A stretch of DNA of 64,000 nt from Epiperipatus broadwayi (GCA_028023455.1 JAQFVV010000001.1:7502001-7566000); one strand, 5' to 3'; shown: positions 40,701-54,281, numbered from the stretch's first letter. Notes: generated by a model from the sequence alone, not told the origin. Program-made: numbers and translations.

Positions 40701-43700
40701 TTTAATTTTACGTTTGACAGCAAACTGATTTTGTTTACTAAAGAAACCTTTTAGATTTTTATAAGTCATTATTATTTTTAATATATATATATTTTAAATA
40801 AAATTAATATGTGCCAATTTCAATATTGGTACAATATATATATATATAAGCAAAACAAGCCATTAAATATCCCATTGCAGGGCAAAGATCTTTCCAATAA
40901 CTGTTCATAAAACCATAATGAAAGAGATAGTACTTACCAGGCCTGTCAATTCCAGGATGATAAACCTTGAACAGTTTTTCCCATTAATTTTAACCTCTAG
41001 TTAACAATTGTTAGATATCTATTTACTAAACATAATTTCATTAAGGACCTGGGTTGGTACTGGTTTCATGAAAAAAAATCCAAAATGGTTGAAATTTTTT
41101 TCCAAATTTACTCACCCTAGGCACAATTTAAGTCAAAAGTATGGCAATCAGATGCATTACCATAAGATTCTTGATACAAATATATATAAGTGTATGCTTA
41201 TTTTTTTAAATAAAAGTTTTTCTAAAACCATTTAACTGGAAGATTAATGTCATAATTAGTTCTATATAATTTGTTCTGCACAAAAAAAACATTGCCTTAT
41301 GATCAAAAAAAGAATATATCACAAATGATTATCTTAGGATAAAAAAATGTGGACAAAGAAATCAAATAGATAGAACAATGACTTCTGCTAGAAAAGATAT
41401 CAATAGAAACAAATATTGAATATATATATTACACAACAATATATTTTAGCAATAACAAAAAAATATACAATATTAGTAGAAATATATATGAATGAATAAT
41501 ACGTATATGAATTTTTTTATAAACTACATATTTGTACAGACATATAAATATACATAAAAAAATGTGATATTTACATATTTTATTATTGTTAAATAAAAAT
41601 ATGATAAATGGAGAAAATGTGATTCTGGATAAAATATTAATTAAATAAAATCTTTCCAGGCTACTTTACTATCAGTGGTTCAAAAATATTGTAAATGATG
41701 CACATTTATTTAATGTGGAAAAAAATGTGAATCGTTAAAATATTGCAAATTAGTAATTAAATATTTCTAAAATAATTCTATAAATAATGGAGATTTTATG
41801 ACTAAAGTTTTTGGAAAATTATTGTATAGCATATAAACATCTATTTAATAAAATAATATTTATATCTCAAGTTATATTTGTAAATATATGATTACTATTG
41901 AATGAATATTTGTAAAACTTTGAGCAATTTAATCCAGCTGTCAAGTGATGGATTTTTGAGCTAAATTTCATAGATTAAACACATCTTGAAAATTCTATCA
42001 ACTCATTGTATGAAGACATATTTATCAATTATGGCTGTTTTCGCATAAATAATAATATAAGTAAACAATACAAATAACATTGAGAGCAAAGCTTTACTAG
42101 TGCAGACAATTATAAAGTGCTTAGTATGCTTTCGACTGGATTCAGTCATTGACGTTATTTATATTACAGTTTTGGAGATAAAGCATTTAAAAGTATAATA
42201 AGTAATAAAAATAGAAATATACATATTTTCAAAGGAAAAGAATATTAAAAGTGCAACCAATATATTTTCTTACCTATTTGATCCAGAAGCAATGAGAATT
42301 TTGGCTCTAGGTTTAATGAAAAGTAGATATAAAATACTGATTGGATCATATTTAATCCCTTAGGTACTCAAAACTTCCTTTGTTAACATCACAACATTCC
42401 TGGAACCTTTCTCAATCAGTATTGTGTATCTACTTTTGGCCCATCTTATGAATTTTACTTTTAAATATAAGAATATACAGGTAAATGTAATGACTAACTA
42501 TCCAATTATTATAAAACTTATGAAAATATAAGTAAAATTTTATAAACAAAATATATGTAATATAAACTCCATACATAATTTTACTATAATAATTTTGTGC
42601 ACTAATATAAATGCTTTTCACTCTAGTATCATCTATAGTAAAGTATTCAGTGCTTACCACATGATAGTACACTTAAATTCCCCAACTCAGATAAATTTCT
42701 GGTCTCTAACTTCACAAATGATACATAGAATTCAAAGTTGGAAACAATGCAGTTATACATCCAGTGGCCATCTTTAACTCCATTTTACTATTCAAGCTAC
42801 AGGCTGGCTTAGATTCAAAACCTTAATGTTTTGTATTTTCAGCTTTTAGTTTAAACAATAAATGGAACTAAAGATGGTTGCTAAATATATAACTGGAATT
42901 CTATGCCTAAATGATAAAAAGTTGCCAGAAATTAGTGTGGTATTTTAAAACTTTCTCAGAAGAGAAAAAGTAACTACAACATTGTCCTGTAGCCAGATTT
43001 AGAATAGTTCAATTATGGATATCTGCAATGTTTGTTTAACAGTAAATACTTGAACTAAAATGTATCCCGAGTAATTTTAATTCCAACATAAATACCTAAA
43101 TGTCAGGTTTGCTTAATGACAAATAAAACAAAATAAATACTCAAAAGTATTTGCATGATCCTGGCTTTTATTAAAATCTTGAAATTGAAAATCTAAGTAC
43201 ACATGTAATTTATTTAATTCTTTTTGTTATTTACAAAGTTGGTATACTATTTTTAAGACTAGTTTTGCTTTTTAAAGTTAAATATTATTAAAAATAAAAA
43301 GCATGAAAAGTGATTACTAAATTGGCTACATATTGTTCAAGGCCACATATCAAAAGAGTTAAATGCACTATTATCAGTGAAGAGTTGCTTATTTTATCAC
43401 ACATAGTGTTGTAAGGTAAAAAATTAAAAAGTAATTTGTTACTATCTTGCACACAGTGGAAATTCCAAAATATTTATCGACTAAATCCTTATATGCATTT
43501 AGTGCAAAGCATTCTTTTCAAAAGGTAAATGTTAAAAAAAATAAAAATGCTAGATTATTTAATGTATTAATATGAAATAATAATTTACATTTACTTGCAC
43601 ATATTCCAAAATGCACTTTATTGACAAGACCCAATAATGAATCAAAAATCCAAGTATTTAATTAAGTGTAGTTTGGAGCATGTGCAAGGAAATTTAAATT

Positions 43701-44229
43701 TTTTTCTTGCAGCACATTCAACAAACTAATATATTTGAAAAGGGTGCTTGCTATTCAGTGAAAATGTATTTAAGGATTTGATAAGTATTTTGAAATTTTG
43801 TTTCATTTAAACATTTATAGTGTTGCAGAAACAAAAAAAAAAAAAATCTGTGTCTGAATGAAAATAAAAAAAAAAAAAGATTAATAAATTGTTTATATTA
43901 AACTAATACATTCAAAATGTTATCTTGAAATCAGAATTGGGGGGAAAAAAGTTTCGATGACGGAGGGGGGAATAACATTGTGTTAATTAATTTATAAAAA
44001 TACAATTAATGTAAGCAAATAGTTGCAATTGATCAACAGGTTATAACTAATTTTTTGGCAACCACTGTTGCAGAATGTAGCAATTTCTTTGAATGTGATT
44101 GGATAATACCAGAGGATAATATCCCTTAAACCGCTAATTATATTATTGGTTGTATGAGGTAAAAATCAAATCTTTTAATTGGCCAACTCACAAACTGAAG
44201 ACAAAGCCTATTGTTAAAACATATTCGCT

Positions 44230-44900
44230 TATAATATTAAATTCAACTCAGATACGTTTATAAAAAGTATATTACTAATTTTTCAGGTTATGAAAGAGAA
44301 CGAAAGTTCTTTCAAAAATAAATTGCTATTTATTTATTATAAAATATATTCAATTTCGGCAAATATAAAGCGAATGTCTAAACAAAAAAGTGCTGACGCA
44401 AACGCTTTTTTTCAATTTTACGATATGGAAAAGTAAAGATTTCTTTTTGCTAAATCTTAAATATTTTTACTAAAATCTTCAATATTTTTCGAAAATAATT
44501 TTGTTTTTTTAGTATTCTCTCTGAAAATCATTTGTAATTACTCAATATATACTTAATATTCTTTAAAATTATATTCGAAATGAAAATCTCAGCGTTTTTC
44601 TTTATTTTCTTTGATCAGGCGGTTTCTTTGTTCTTTCCAGCCAATCAGAATGTCTTTTTCGGCTGAGAGCTGGCTGACAACCAATCACTGACAATGTTCT
44701 TTCTTTGTTTAGTTTTAAATGCGGTTTTTTTGATTTTTTACTTGTAAAATAATTCGGAAGAGGGCACCATCTTACAGAACTTTTAAAAACCTAATCAATA
44801 ACTGTCAAACGAATATTCTAGCATAAGAACTAGCAGAGTTAGAGTGACGTCAGATGTCGACGAGATGCCTCGTAAGAGGCGGTTGAAGAAATATATTGTA
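44230..44900. promoter_or_regulatory. CpG-retaining promoter-like island
   Basis: CCAATCA at 44641 and 44681, TGACGTCA at 44845-44852, many CpGs in otherwise CpG-poor DNA. Confidence 0.6.
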
Positions 44901-45448
44901 TTTTTGCTTTGTCTATTGAGAGGTTAACCCTTTAATTAGGCAGAGAGATTTGTTTTATAAGAACTGAACAATAATGTAGAAATGAATGGGATAGTTAACA
45001 ATAAAAACAAGAATATCTACCTTCTAATGTAAATGTGTCTTAAATATAAAAAATTTCTGAAGGTGTATGAAAATTTAATACATTGACAGACTTTCCCAGT
45101 GTAAATTGTTTTGCTAAAAAAAATTTCCTTAAATTTTTTAGCCTATGCCAACAAAGATTTGTAAACAATTAATAAGTAGTCTACTTCCTTATATGCTTTT
45201 TGTAAGTGTAACAATGTTATACAGTTGCATTTATTTTTCAAAGTGCTATCCATTAATCTTTGTCTGATTTGCTTTTCCAATTCTACTAGATTGTTTCTCC
45301 TCTTAGGATATATAATTCTCAATATATAGAATCAAAACAATATAGTCATCATTAAATTAATAATATAGAAATGAATATTGTTATAGTCTTCCCTTCCCCC
45401 AGAAGTGGACTATTACAGATTCCTCTTTATCTGATCTGATTAAGCATT

Positions 45449-45815
45449 GTTTGCTGCTGGCCAACAGGCCTATGTACAGCTAAACATATAGCCAATGATT
45501 AATACAGGCCAATAAGCAAAAATGCTTGCTGAATCCGAATGTTTTTAGTAAGGTCAGGGATCTGGTTATAAATAGTCAGCCTTTTGTGAGAACAGTGGGA
45601 GAACGTCTGCCTAATCTACAAAGACAGTACGCGTTCTCCCAGAGAAGCTCTGCTAACCTGAACAACAGTAAGCATTACCATGATAGCAATATGCTATTTG
45701 TCCATGCAGCTAGTCAAGTCCACAGAGGGACCAGATGCTGCTAAGACTACTGTTGACTTGAAGCAAGCTGTCTTGTACAGTCGGAAGTTATACCCCTGAC
45801 GTGTGTATGCGTCAA
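45449..45815 (+). repeat. LTR-like segment (probable solo-LTR part)
   Basis: Two CCAAT motifs, TATAAATA at 45567, and a hairpin at 45596-45641. More GC-rich than its flanks. Confidence 0.4.
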
Positions 45816-45819
45816 CTTA

Positions 45820-48800
45820 ATTTAATTCTCCAACAGACTTGGTAACAAAAACTAGGTTTATCAACAACTTTAACACAAAAAATAATGCATAGCTACAAGT
45901 TATACTCTAAGAAGTTTTCTAACTAAAACTCTTCTACTAGATAAAACGTTCTACGGTTCACGTTCTTGATTGTTTAACTTAATTAACAATGCAGGTAACA
46001 TTACACTCCTCCACCCATAGCAGGAAAAACGGCTATCTTACAAAGTCACTTAGATATGCGGGTGGCTTGCTATCTCGCTTTGGGTGTTTATATTCTGTAT
46101 TATCTACTGTATTCAATGATTCGGTTCGACTATTTGTCTTCTGCTGAAATCTTTTCATGGGGTTTTGGTATCTGGTAGGCTCTGAGTTATCAGGTCTCGT
46201 TTCTGAAGGTTTATTCCCATTGATTTGAGCTGTATAACTAAATTGCCAGTTTAGATTGATGCGATGGCGGATATGATTAAAATGTCTCTTGTACCTAACA
46301 TTATCTTCCGTTTGTACTGTAGCTATATTCTTGGAAGTATGGCAGTCAGTACACCCTTTTGTATAAGTTTCTATATCTTCATTTAACCTTGGCCACTAAA
46401 CATATCTTCTGGCTAATGCTTTGGTGCGCACTATTCTTGGATGGCCACTATGAAGTAGTTCTAGAACCTGTATTCGTCTTTGTGGAGGTATTACAACTCT
46501 ATCACCATTGAGAACCATCCTTTTCAGATCAACAATTGCGTCCGGCCATTCCAAAAAAAAATAGGAGATTGATCGGGTTTTTGTTGGTCCGCCCTTCCTC
46601 AACTCCCTCTTTTAAAAACTTAAAAAGCCGGTTGATTGTTTGTATGTTCTGTTCCCTCCCTTTCCTTTTTTCTTTTTTTTTTTTTTTTTCTCTTTTTTTT
46701 TTTTTATATGTTACTTTTTTTTTTATCTTTTTATCTTTCCCCCCCCACACACTTGGATCAACTTCCCACTTCTGTAATTTAAATCATAGCCATAGGCTGA
46801 GAGTATTGATATCCAGCATATCATTCATGGACTCAGGTGATCTGGAATAGTGTTTACTTTCGTGAATATTCCCAACAAAGGTTTGTGGTCTGTAGTTATG
46901 GTAAATTTTCGCCCATATATATATATTGTGCTTTTTAATTCCATAAACCATTGCCAGTGCCTCCTTATCTATCTGACTGTAGTTTCTTTCGGCATTAGAT
47001 AGGGTCCTCAAAGCATAGGCTCTCAGTCTCTCACCATTTGGCGTTGGGTTACTTAGCACCGCGCCTACTCCATACTCTGATGCATCTGTTGCCACCATAA
47101 ATCTGCTTCATGGCTATAGTGTACTAAAAGTTTCTCAGACATCAAGAGAGATTTAACCTTCTTGAAGGCATCTTCATGCTCTGATGTCCACTTCCAGACT
47201 TGATTCTTCTTCAAAAGATCAAATAATGGTTAGGCCACATGTGCCTTCCCCTTTAGAAAAGAGTCAAAATAATTAATAAGCCCTAAAAATGCTTGTAATT
47301 CCTTGACGTTCGTACGTTTGGGAGCATTATATATTGCTTTTGTTTTCTCAGGTGCTGGGATTTTTCCTTGTTCGGATATAATGTGGCTTAGAAATTTTAG
47401 TTTCTGTGTATTCCATACACATTTGTTAATATTAAGAGTTGCTCCAAATTCTTCTAATCTTTGACACACTTGAGTGACTTTATCCCTGAGGACTTCTGAG
47501 TTTAGAAGTGATGAGGATGTCTCAAAAATATGGGATGACTCCTGCTAAACCCTTAACTAAGATATCCATCTTTGCTTGAAAAATGTTTGGAGCAACAGAT
47601 ATTCCGAAAGGAAGTCGATTGTATTTGAATAATCCTAAGTGAGTGGTTATTGTTAACCTTCTTGCAGTTTCTTCACTTACTGGTATTTGATGAATTGCGG
47701 ACTGGAGGTCGAGTTTTGCAAAGTGTGATGCCTTCTCTAAAAGGGCTAGGACCTCTCTTGTATTTGGAACTTGGTAGGCACTCTTGTAGATATTTCTGTT
47801 TATTGCTCCACAATAGTCTCCGCAAATACGTATTTTGCCATCTGGTTTGTTTACTACCACAATTGGTGTAGCCCAATCTGAATTTTCAATTGGGCTTATT
47901 ATGCATTCTTGTAATAGGTCATTTAGGGCTTCTTCAACTTTAATGCGTTGTGCAAATGGTACTTTCCTAGTCATGTTCTTTTAACTCTAGTTGTACTGGC
48001 TTTGTTTTCATTTGTCCTAAATTTGTAGTGAATAGTGATGGGAATTTAATCTGTATTTTGTTTCTGATATTTATTTTCTTTATTACATTAATCCTAATTC
48101 CCAAAGGATGGAGCCAGTTTCTGCCCATTAAGGGTTTTATCTTTTTATGTAATATATATAATAGCAGAACTCCTTTGTTTGAGTTCAACTTGACTTTGAC
48201 CATAACCTTTCCGATGATTTCGAATGTGTTTCCATTTACGTCTGTAGCATGAACTTCGGTAATCACAATTTTTTTTTTGAGGCTTGTTATCTTTAAAAAT
48301 AATTTCCAATCCTTTAAGAGACATGAGGGAAACCTGGAGCTGCTATCTATTTCCATTTTATGTTTTCCTTCGATGCACACAGTTTGTTTGAATTCTAATT
48401 CTGAATTTTTCAGTGTTTTGATCTCATATTGATCTTTTGAGTTGTTTTCCCCAAAATCTCTCGCTAGAGTTCATTGTATTTCATACAATTGCGTTTAACA
48501 TGTCCGGTTTTTTTGCAGCGGAAACATATGTGGTTATAACTACAATCCTCATCTTATAAATACAATTTATCCAAACCACTTCAAACACTTTTTAGCAAAA
48601 CTCTTTATTTGTACATATACAAATAAAAAGTGTTTGAAGCGGTTTGGATAAATTGTATTTATAGAATATTATGGCAAAAATAAAGAAAAGTGTGATTTTG
48701 GTAATCCTCATCTTGTTCAGCATTTTTCTGAATCGGACGATAAAGGATACGATGTGAAGCATTATTAATATATTCTTTTACCTGCTCCATTACGAATTCG

Positions 48801-49528
48801 TGAGCTATTCCCTTTTTAATGGCCTCTTTATATGTAATGTTAGAGTCTGCAAGTAATTGTTCACGAAATTTTATCTCGTATAATGCGAGTAGCAACTGTT
48901 CAAGGAGTGCTTCTAAATATTGACCATAAACACAATCTTTAGCTAATCCATGCAGGGGTGAATCATATTCCTTGAATGTTTCATTTTTTGTCTGATATCA
49001 TAAACGAAAGTGTAATCTAGCAATATGCTTCGACGGTAGCGGGCAGAACTCTGAAGTTAATCTTTCAACTACATCATAGTATTATAAAGTTTCTGGTTCA
49101 ACAGGTTCACATAAACGTAGCTATTTCTAAAACCTTGATCCCTGTGAAACTTTAGAAGTGTGGCAATTTTAATGCCGTTTTCCTTAACACTTTATCAAAA
49201 AGTGTTTTTCAACCAGTTTTACATATAACGGCCAATCACTGGGATTTTCAACATTGAATTCTCCTATTTGTAGTTGTATCATGGCGGCCATTTTTTGTTC
49301 CAAAAACTCTTCTTCAGAGATCCTGTTGACTGCACCAATTTTTAATTCTCCAACAGATTTGGTAACAAAAACTAGGTTTATTTACAACTTTAACACAAAA
49401 AATAACGCATAGCTATAAGTTATACTCTAAGAAAGTTTTTCTAACTAAAACTCTTCTATTAGATAAAACGATCTACCATTCACGTTCTTGAGTGTTTAAC
49501 TTAATTAACAATGGCAGATGACATTACA
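45820..49528 (-). mobile_element. Ty3/gypsy (Mag-like) LTR retrotransposon #3, integrase core deleted
   Basis: LTRs about 45822-46005 and 49341-49528, PBS tggtgcagtcaacagg (49319-49337), gag with CFRCKKTGHVKRNC, protease, RT (ORF 47522-47974), RNase H (ATDASEYGVGAVL), H2C2 zinc finger, then directly the C-terminal region and PPT at 46006-46018. Confidence 0.92.
48555..48663. repeat. Inverted duplication/hairpin inside gag of element #3
   Basis: 38-bp arms tataaatacaatttatccaaacc(a/g)cttcaaacactttt with one mismatch, plus an inner tttatttgta/tacaaataaa stem. Confidence 0.9.
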
Positions 49529-49932
49529 ACCCCCCTACCCGTGAGGAAAGCTATCAGGTGTAGCTGGAAGTGGTAGAACCACAAGACGCAGAGCTAGAGT
49601 TTACGTTAATCTATAATATTCAGTATTGTATATATTCTCTTGTATTATATATATTTGTAGATATAATAAAGATTATATTAATTGTAACTCGGGTATTTGT
49701 ATTATTTTTCTGTAAGTTGGGTCTGTAATCCAGACTAAACACAACAAATACATTATAAAATTAATTAATAATCATTAAATAAAAAACAAAATTTCTATAT
49801 TTCATTTGTATTTTTTTTTTAATTATGGAAAAGAGAGAAGTTATTTCAAAAATAAAACTTTTAAATTCAAACTTATTCAGGAACATTTATCTGAAAATTC
49901 AAATTTTAAACTGAACTTTAAAAAGAACTTAC

Positions 49933-49991
49933 ACTATTTGCTGAATTGGGAATTTTAATTCTCTGTTCAATCTGAGATTCTCCAAAATTAT
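49933..49991 (-). CDS. HMMR: HMMR coding exon 3 (59 nt, phase 1-0)
   Basis: tttatttgtttag|...|gtaagt, 84-nt intron after exon 2. Frame continues as (D)NFGESQIEQRIKIPNSANS. Confidence 0.8.
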
Positions 49992-50075
49992 CTAAACAAA
50001 TAAAGAAACAAAAAAATTATATTACAAAAAATTAAATCAAACTTTGTTTTTTTTTCTTTAAATTTATTAATATAC

Positions 50076-50174
50076 CTTTTATAGAAATCTTAAATCTGTC
50101 AGATTTATCAAAAATCATACTCCCAACACTAGTATCCATTAAAGGATCATAGAGACCTACAGGTGGTGCACAAC
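50076..50174 (-). CDS. HMMR: HMMR/RHAMM homologue, coding exon 2 (99 nt, phase 1-1)
   Basis: ttttctag|...|gtatat splice sites. Translates (G)CAPPVGLYDPLMDTSVGSMIFDKSDRFKISIK, matching the HMMR N-terminal motif GCAPSPGAYD...FQKSQRF as I recall it from human. Confidence 0.9.
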
Positions 50175-51009
50175 CTAGAAAAAAAACACAACTTTAAAAT
50201 AAGATGGTTTTTTTTTTTTATTTGGATAAAGTCTAGTAGAAATTATGAATAAAATATCTAAAATTTATAAAAGCAAATGAGATTAAAAAACAACAACAAA
50301 ATATCATTTGATAATAAAAATGATTTTAATTAGTTTTATAAAATTTTTTATAAAATATGGGAAGTTATTTTACAAGTTTAAATATTTACAAAATGAATAA
50401 ATATATATTTGAAGTAGCTATAAAACAGGCCAAGTTTGGTAAAATAGATTATCACAAAACTTAAAATAACTGATAGTAGTTTATCAAAAGACTGATATGA
50501 AAACTTTCTATAATCAATTTAATTAAATCTCAAAATTACATCCAGAACATTTATTTTTAAAATAAAGATTATTTTTTATTAAAATCTCTCTAAACTGAAT
50601 TAAAACAAATACTGAAATTTAAATCAATAATTACATATAAACAAAAAAAAATAAAAATCATATATTACAAATAACTTGCATAATTATTAATCTATGCAAA
50701 ATAAAATAAAACTCATCATATATATAAAACATTTTACGATTACCATAATTTGTTAAAAGGATGTTGCCTTGACAACAGGTTGTGATTGTCATTGGTATTG
50801 TCTAAGAGTTGATTGATTTTAATGATTAATATATGTATATATATTTCCTTTTATCTGATTGCCATGTTAGTTAGCTACCCTATTTACCACAAAATATGAT
50901 AAAAAATATTTTTGATTATCAAAGTATTATTACCTATAAAACTTCTATGTTATATAATAAAAATTTCATAAGTGTAAATTTATCCTTATTTGATACCGTC
51001 AACAAAAAA

Positions 51010-52682
51010 GGTTGTTTTCTCATCCCTGGTGTTCGCCACAGGATGGTGTTGATGCTAATCAAAAACATATACATATAACAATTCCGGGCCAGACCTAAAT
51101 AATCGATTTGATATAAAAAGATCTGATTTCTTAGATTTGTAATAAAATATTCTACTAACTAATACTATTATATGATGTTAGTTTTTTCATTTTTGTAAAT
51201 GTTTATTAATCTTATCTTGTTTTTGAGTTTGTGTGTCTTTAAAGTTACGGTGTTTTTCTAATTTTTTTTTTTTGACTTTATGTGTATCTTTTTAAAGTTA
51301 CAGTCTTTTTTTTTTTGCAAGAGTAAATCAATAGTTTTATTCAAAAGCAAGACGTAATAAGTAAATGTTTATTAATCTTATCTTGTTTTTGAGTTTGTGT
51401 GTGTGTCTTTAAAGTTACGGGGCTTTTTCAAATTTTTTTTTGACTTTATGTGTGTCTTTTTTTAAAGTTACGGTATTTTTTGGTCAAGAGTAAATCAATC
51501 ATTTTATTAAAAAAGCAATACGTAATTCTAAATCTATCAAAAGTAACGTAATTTATATACAATTTAGAATTGATATCCGACTACTTTTAGTAAGGACCGT
51601 CATTGAAAGACTCAAAAGAAAAATGATACCCGACTAATTTCCGTTTTCTTTTTTTTGGGGGGCGGGGGACAGTAATGAATCAGAAAGTGGTTTGTTTTTG
51701 TTAAGTCTGTCTATATAAAAAGGGTACCGTTATTGAAATACTAAATTTAAAAATGGTAGCCGACTAATTTGCGTTTCTTTTGACAATAATTAATCAGAAA
51801 GTGTGTTTTTTTTTTTTTGGTAAATCTTGTGTATATAAAAACAAACCGTAATTCAAACACTCCATTGAAAAAATCAACCCCCGTTGAATTTGCTTTTTTT
51901 TTTTTAAAGACAGTAATTAATCAGGAACTGGGTTGTTTTTGTTAGTATGTAGATATAAAAACTAATCTTATTTTGAAATAATAAATGTAAAAAAAAAAAA
52001 AAATATCCGACTAATTTTATTTTTTGGACAAGTAATTACTAATAATTAGACACTGGGTTGTTTTTGTTTGTGCGTATATATATAGCAAAAGTAACTGGTC
52101 ATGGACGAATTCTCGCGAAAACGGTACTTTTCGCATGATCCTTCAAATTTTTTTCCCTTCCGCACCCTTAAAAGCAATTTTTGAGGGTTACCCATTCGTA
52201 ATGGAATCTTAAGGACATTATTACTAAACTTACAACAGTAAAGTAAGTTACAACACATTAAAAAAAATAGACGTCTTATCAAATTTTAAAAAACTGCGAC
52301 TGCTTCAAATACACACACTCTCACTTGAAACTACAGAGAAAATAGATATTCTACTATTACGAGAAAATGATGAACAAAATGAACTACTATGGCAGCCAAT
52401 CAAGGCATTTCTTTCTCTTTGCTTTTAGCATAGAAAAAAGCCATAACCGGCTGCCGTCGGGAACTCTTTCTGTGTTTTATCATAGAAAGAAGTCTCTTTG
52501 TGTTGGCTTCTGTCGCCGCCACCGCCTCCTCCGTCCAACATAATGTGAGGACTCTTTTCTGCGTTTATAACGTAGAAAAATTCCTCTTTTGTTGGGTGAA
52601 GGCCGGTGAAACGGTATATTTCTAGGAATTGAACTAGAAATAGCGACATCTCGAGGCGAAAACCAGGGATGAGAAAACAACC
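51010..52682 (+). mobile_element. Non-autonomous TIR DNA transposon (Merlin-type), copy 1
   Basis: Perfect 21-bp TIR ggttgttttctcatccctggt, 8-bp flanks acaaaaaa/aaaaaaaa, internal tandem repeats, no transposase. Confidence 0.85.
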
Positions 52683-54281
52683 AAAAAAAAAAAAAAAAAT
52701 GAGAGAAAAGCAGAGAATTTGTAGTCATTTTTTCTAACCAGGATTTTGTTAAATTTCAGATGCTTTCCACATTGAAATTTTGATAAAGATTATTATAAAA
52801 GTAATCATAAATAGTATTCTGTAAAAGAAATGTAATGTTTTATAAATTTGAAAAATAATATTAATTTAATATATATATAGAACAAATATTTTCCATTTAA
52901 TTTTTGGGAGGTTATATTAAGTATAAGAATATTCATGCTTATCAAATGTAAAATAATTTATTAAAATCTTTCACTCATTGCTTTTCTCCTGGATTTATAT
53001 TCTGATATTTTTAATCTCAATAGAATATATTCTCAGTGTAAATATTTTTCAGTTATAGCATTTAGACTTTTATATAAATAATCAGAATATCAATACAGTA
53101 CTATCACAATTTAATCTAAAAAAAAATTATCAACTATTTCATATTATTTTAAAGGCATTTCTATTTAAATATAATATTATTAATAATTTGTTTTCTTTTT
53201 CAATGAATGGGTTCTGATTCAATAAAATTAATATTAAATTTTTTTTTAAACTGGCATATGATCATCAACTTTCATCTAGATAATTTCTTCATTGCATCAA
53301 AAAATTTGTGAATCATAAGTTTATATAATTTAATAATTGTTTGCTGAATTATACTATTTCAGAATGAATGGTAAAAAATATATTCATGTTAGAAACAGTT
53401 TTTTTTTTTATTAAGACCAGTCTCAAATAAATGATATAATACATGATATCAAGGTAATGAACACAGATTCATCAAATATTGTTTGAATACTGTTGAAGAG
53501 GTAAAAACAAATCAGATATTGATACTATCAATAACATTCAGATTTATTATGAGCATAAAACCTCTTTTTGAATTAACTTTAAACAAATTCTACGATTACA
53601 TCATACTATTGATTATTTAAGCTGCTTCAAAAAACAAAACATGTATACAAATGAGTATATATAATACACAATTTACTGATGTTTATTTTAAAAAAAAACA
53701 AGACTATAGCAATAAACAATCATATCATAGATTATATATATACACATACATATAAGCGATACTGATCGAATAGGTGAATGTAACAATTTTCATTTGCATT
53801 AAAATTTGTATATAAAACAGTAAAACATAATGTGATCATATTGTCCAATTAATATAAAAATGTATATAACTTTTTAAGAAAATAATATTTAATATTTTTA
53901 TAAAGGCATTAACCATATATATATTTTTCATCAGCAAATACATCATACCCTAATGTTACTGTAATCTATTTTAAAGTATAAATTTACTTTACATATATAG
54001 GAACATTTTTGTTTTTTACATACAAAATTAATCAGTACTACTAATAAAATTATGATAAAGCAATCCAAATTCTTACAAACAATAACAATTATACTACATA
54101 TAACAATTATATATTAGGTAAAAAATACACTATATAAGAATATAGAATTTTTCATTCATTTTTAATTAACTAATTAATTAATTTATCTTATATATTGTAA
54201 CCCTCTCTATATAAATAATATGTACACAAAAATGTTAAAATAAAAAACATTTTCTTAAAACCAACTAGGCTAGTGTGAATC

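Noticed and set aside
40931-40941. tacttaccagg resembling the U1 snRNA 5' end
   Set aside because: No further U1 similarity. It is simply the complement of a splice donor.
45186-45302. Open segment RRNNLVELEKQIRQ... resembling the HMMR LEKEIR junction
   Set aside because: Weak donor (gtagac), and it lies beside a PPT-like tract in a probable LTR remnant. The exon at 14308-14376 fits better and already gives the right spacing.
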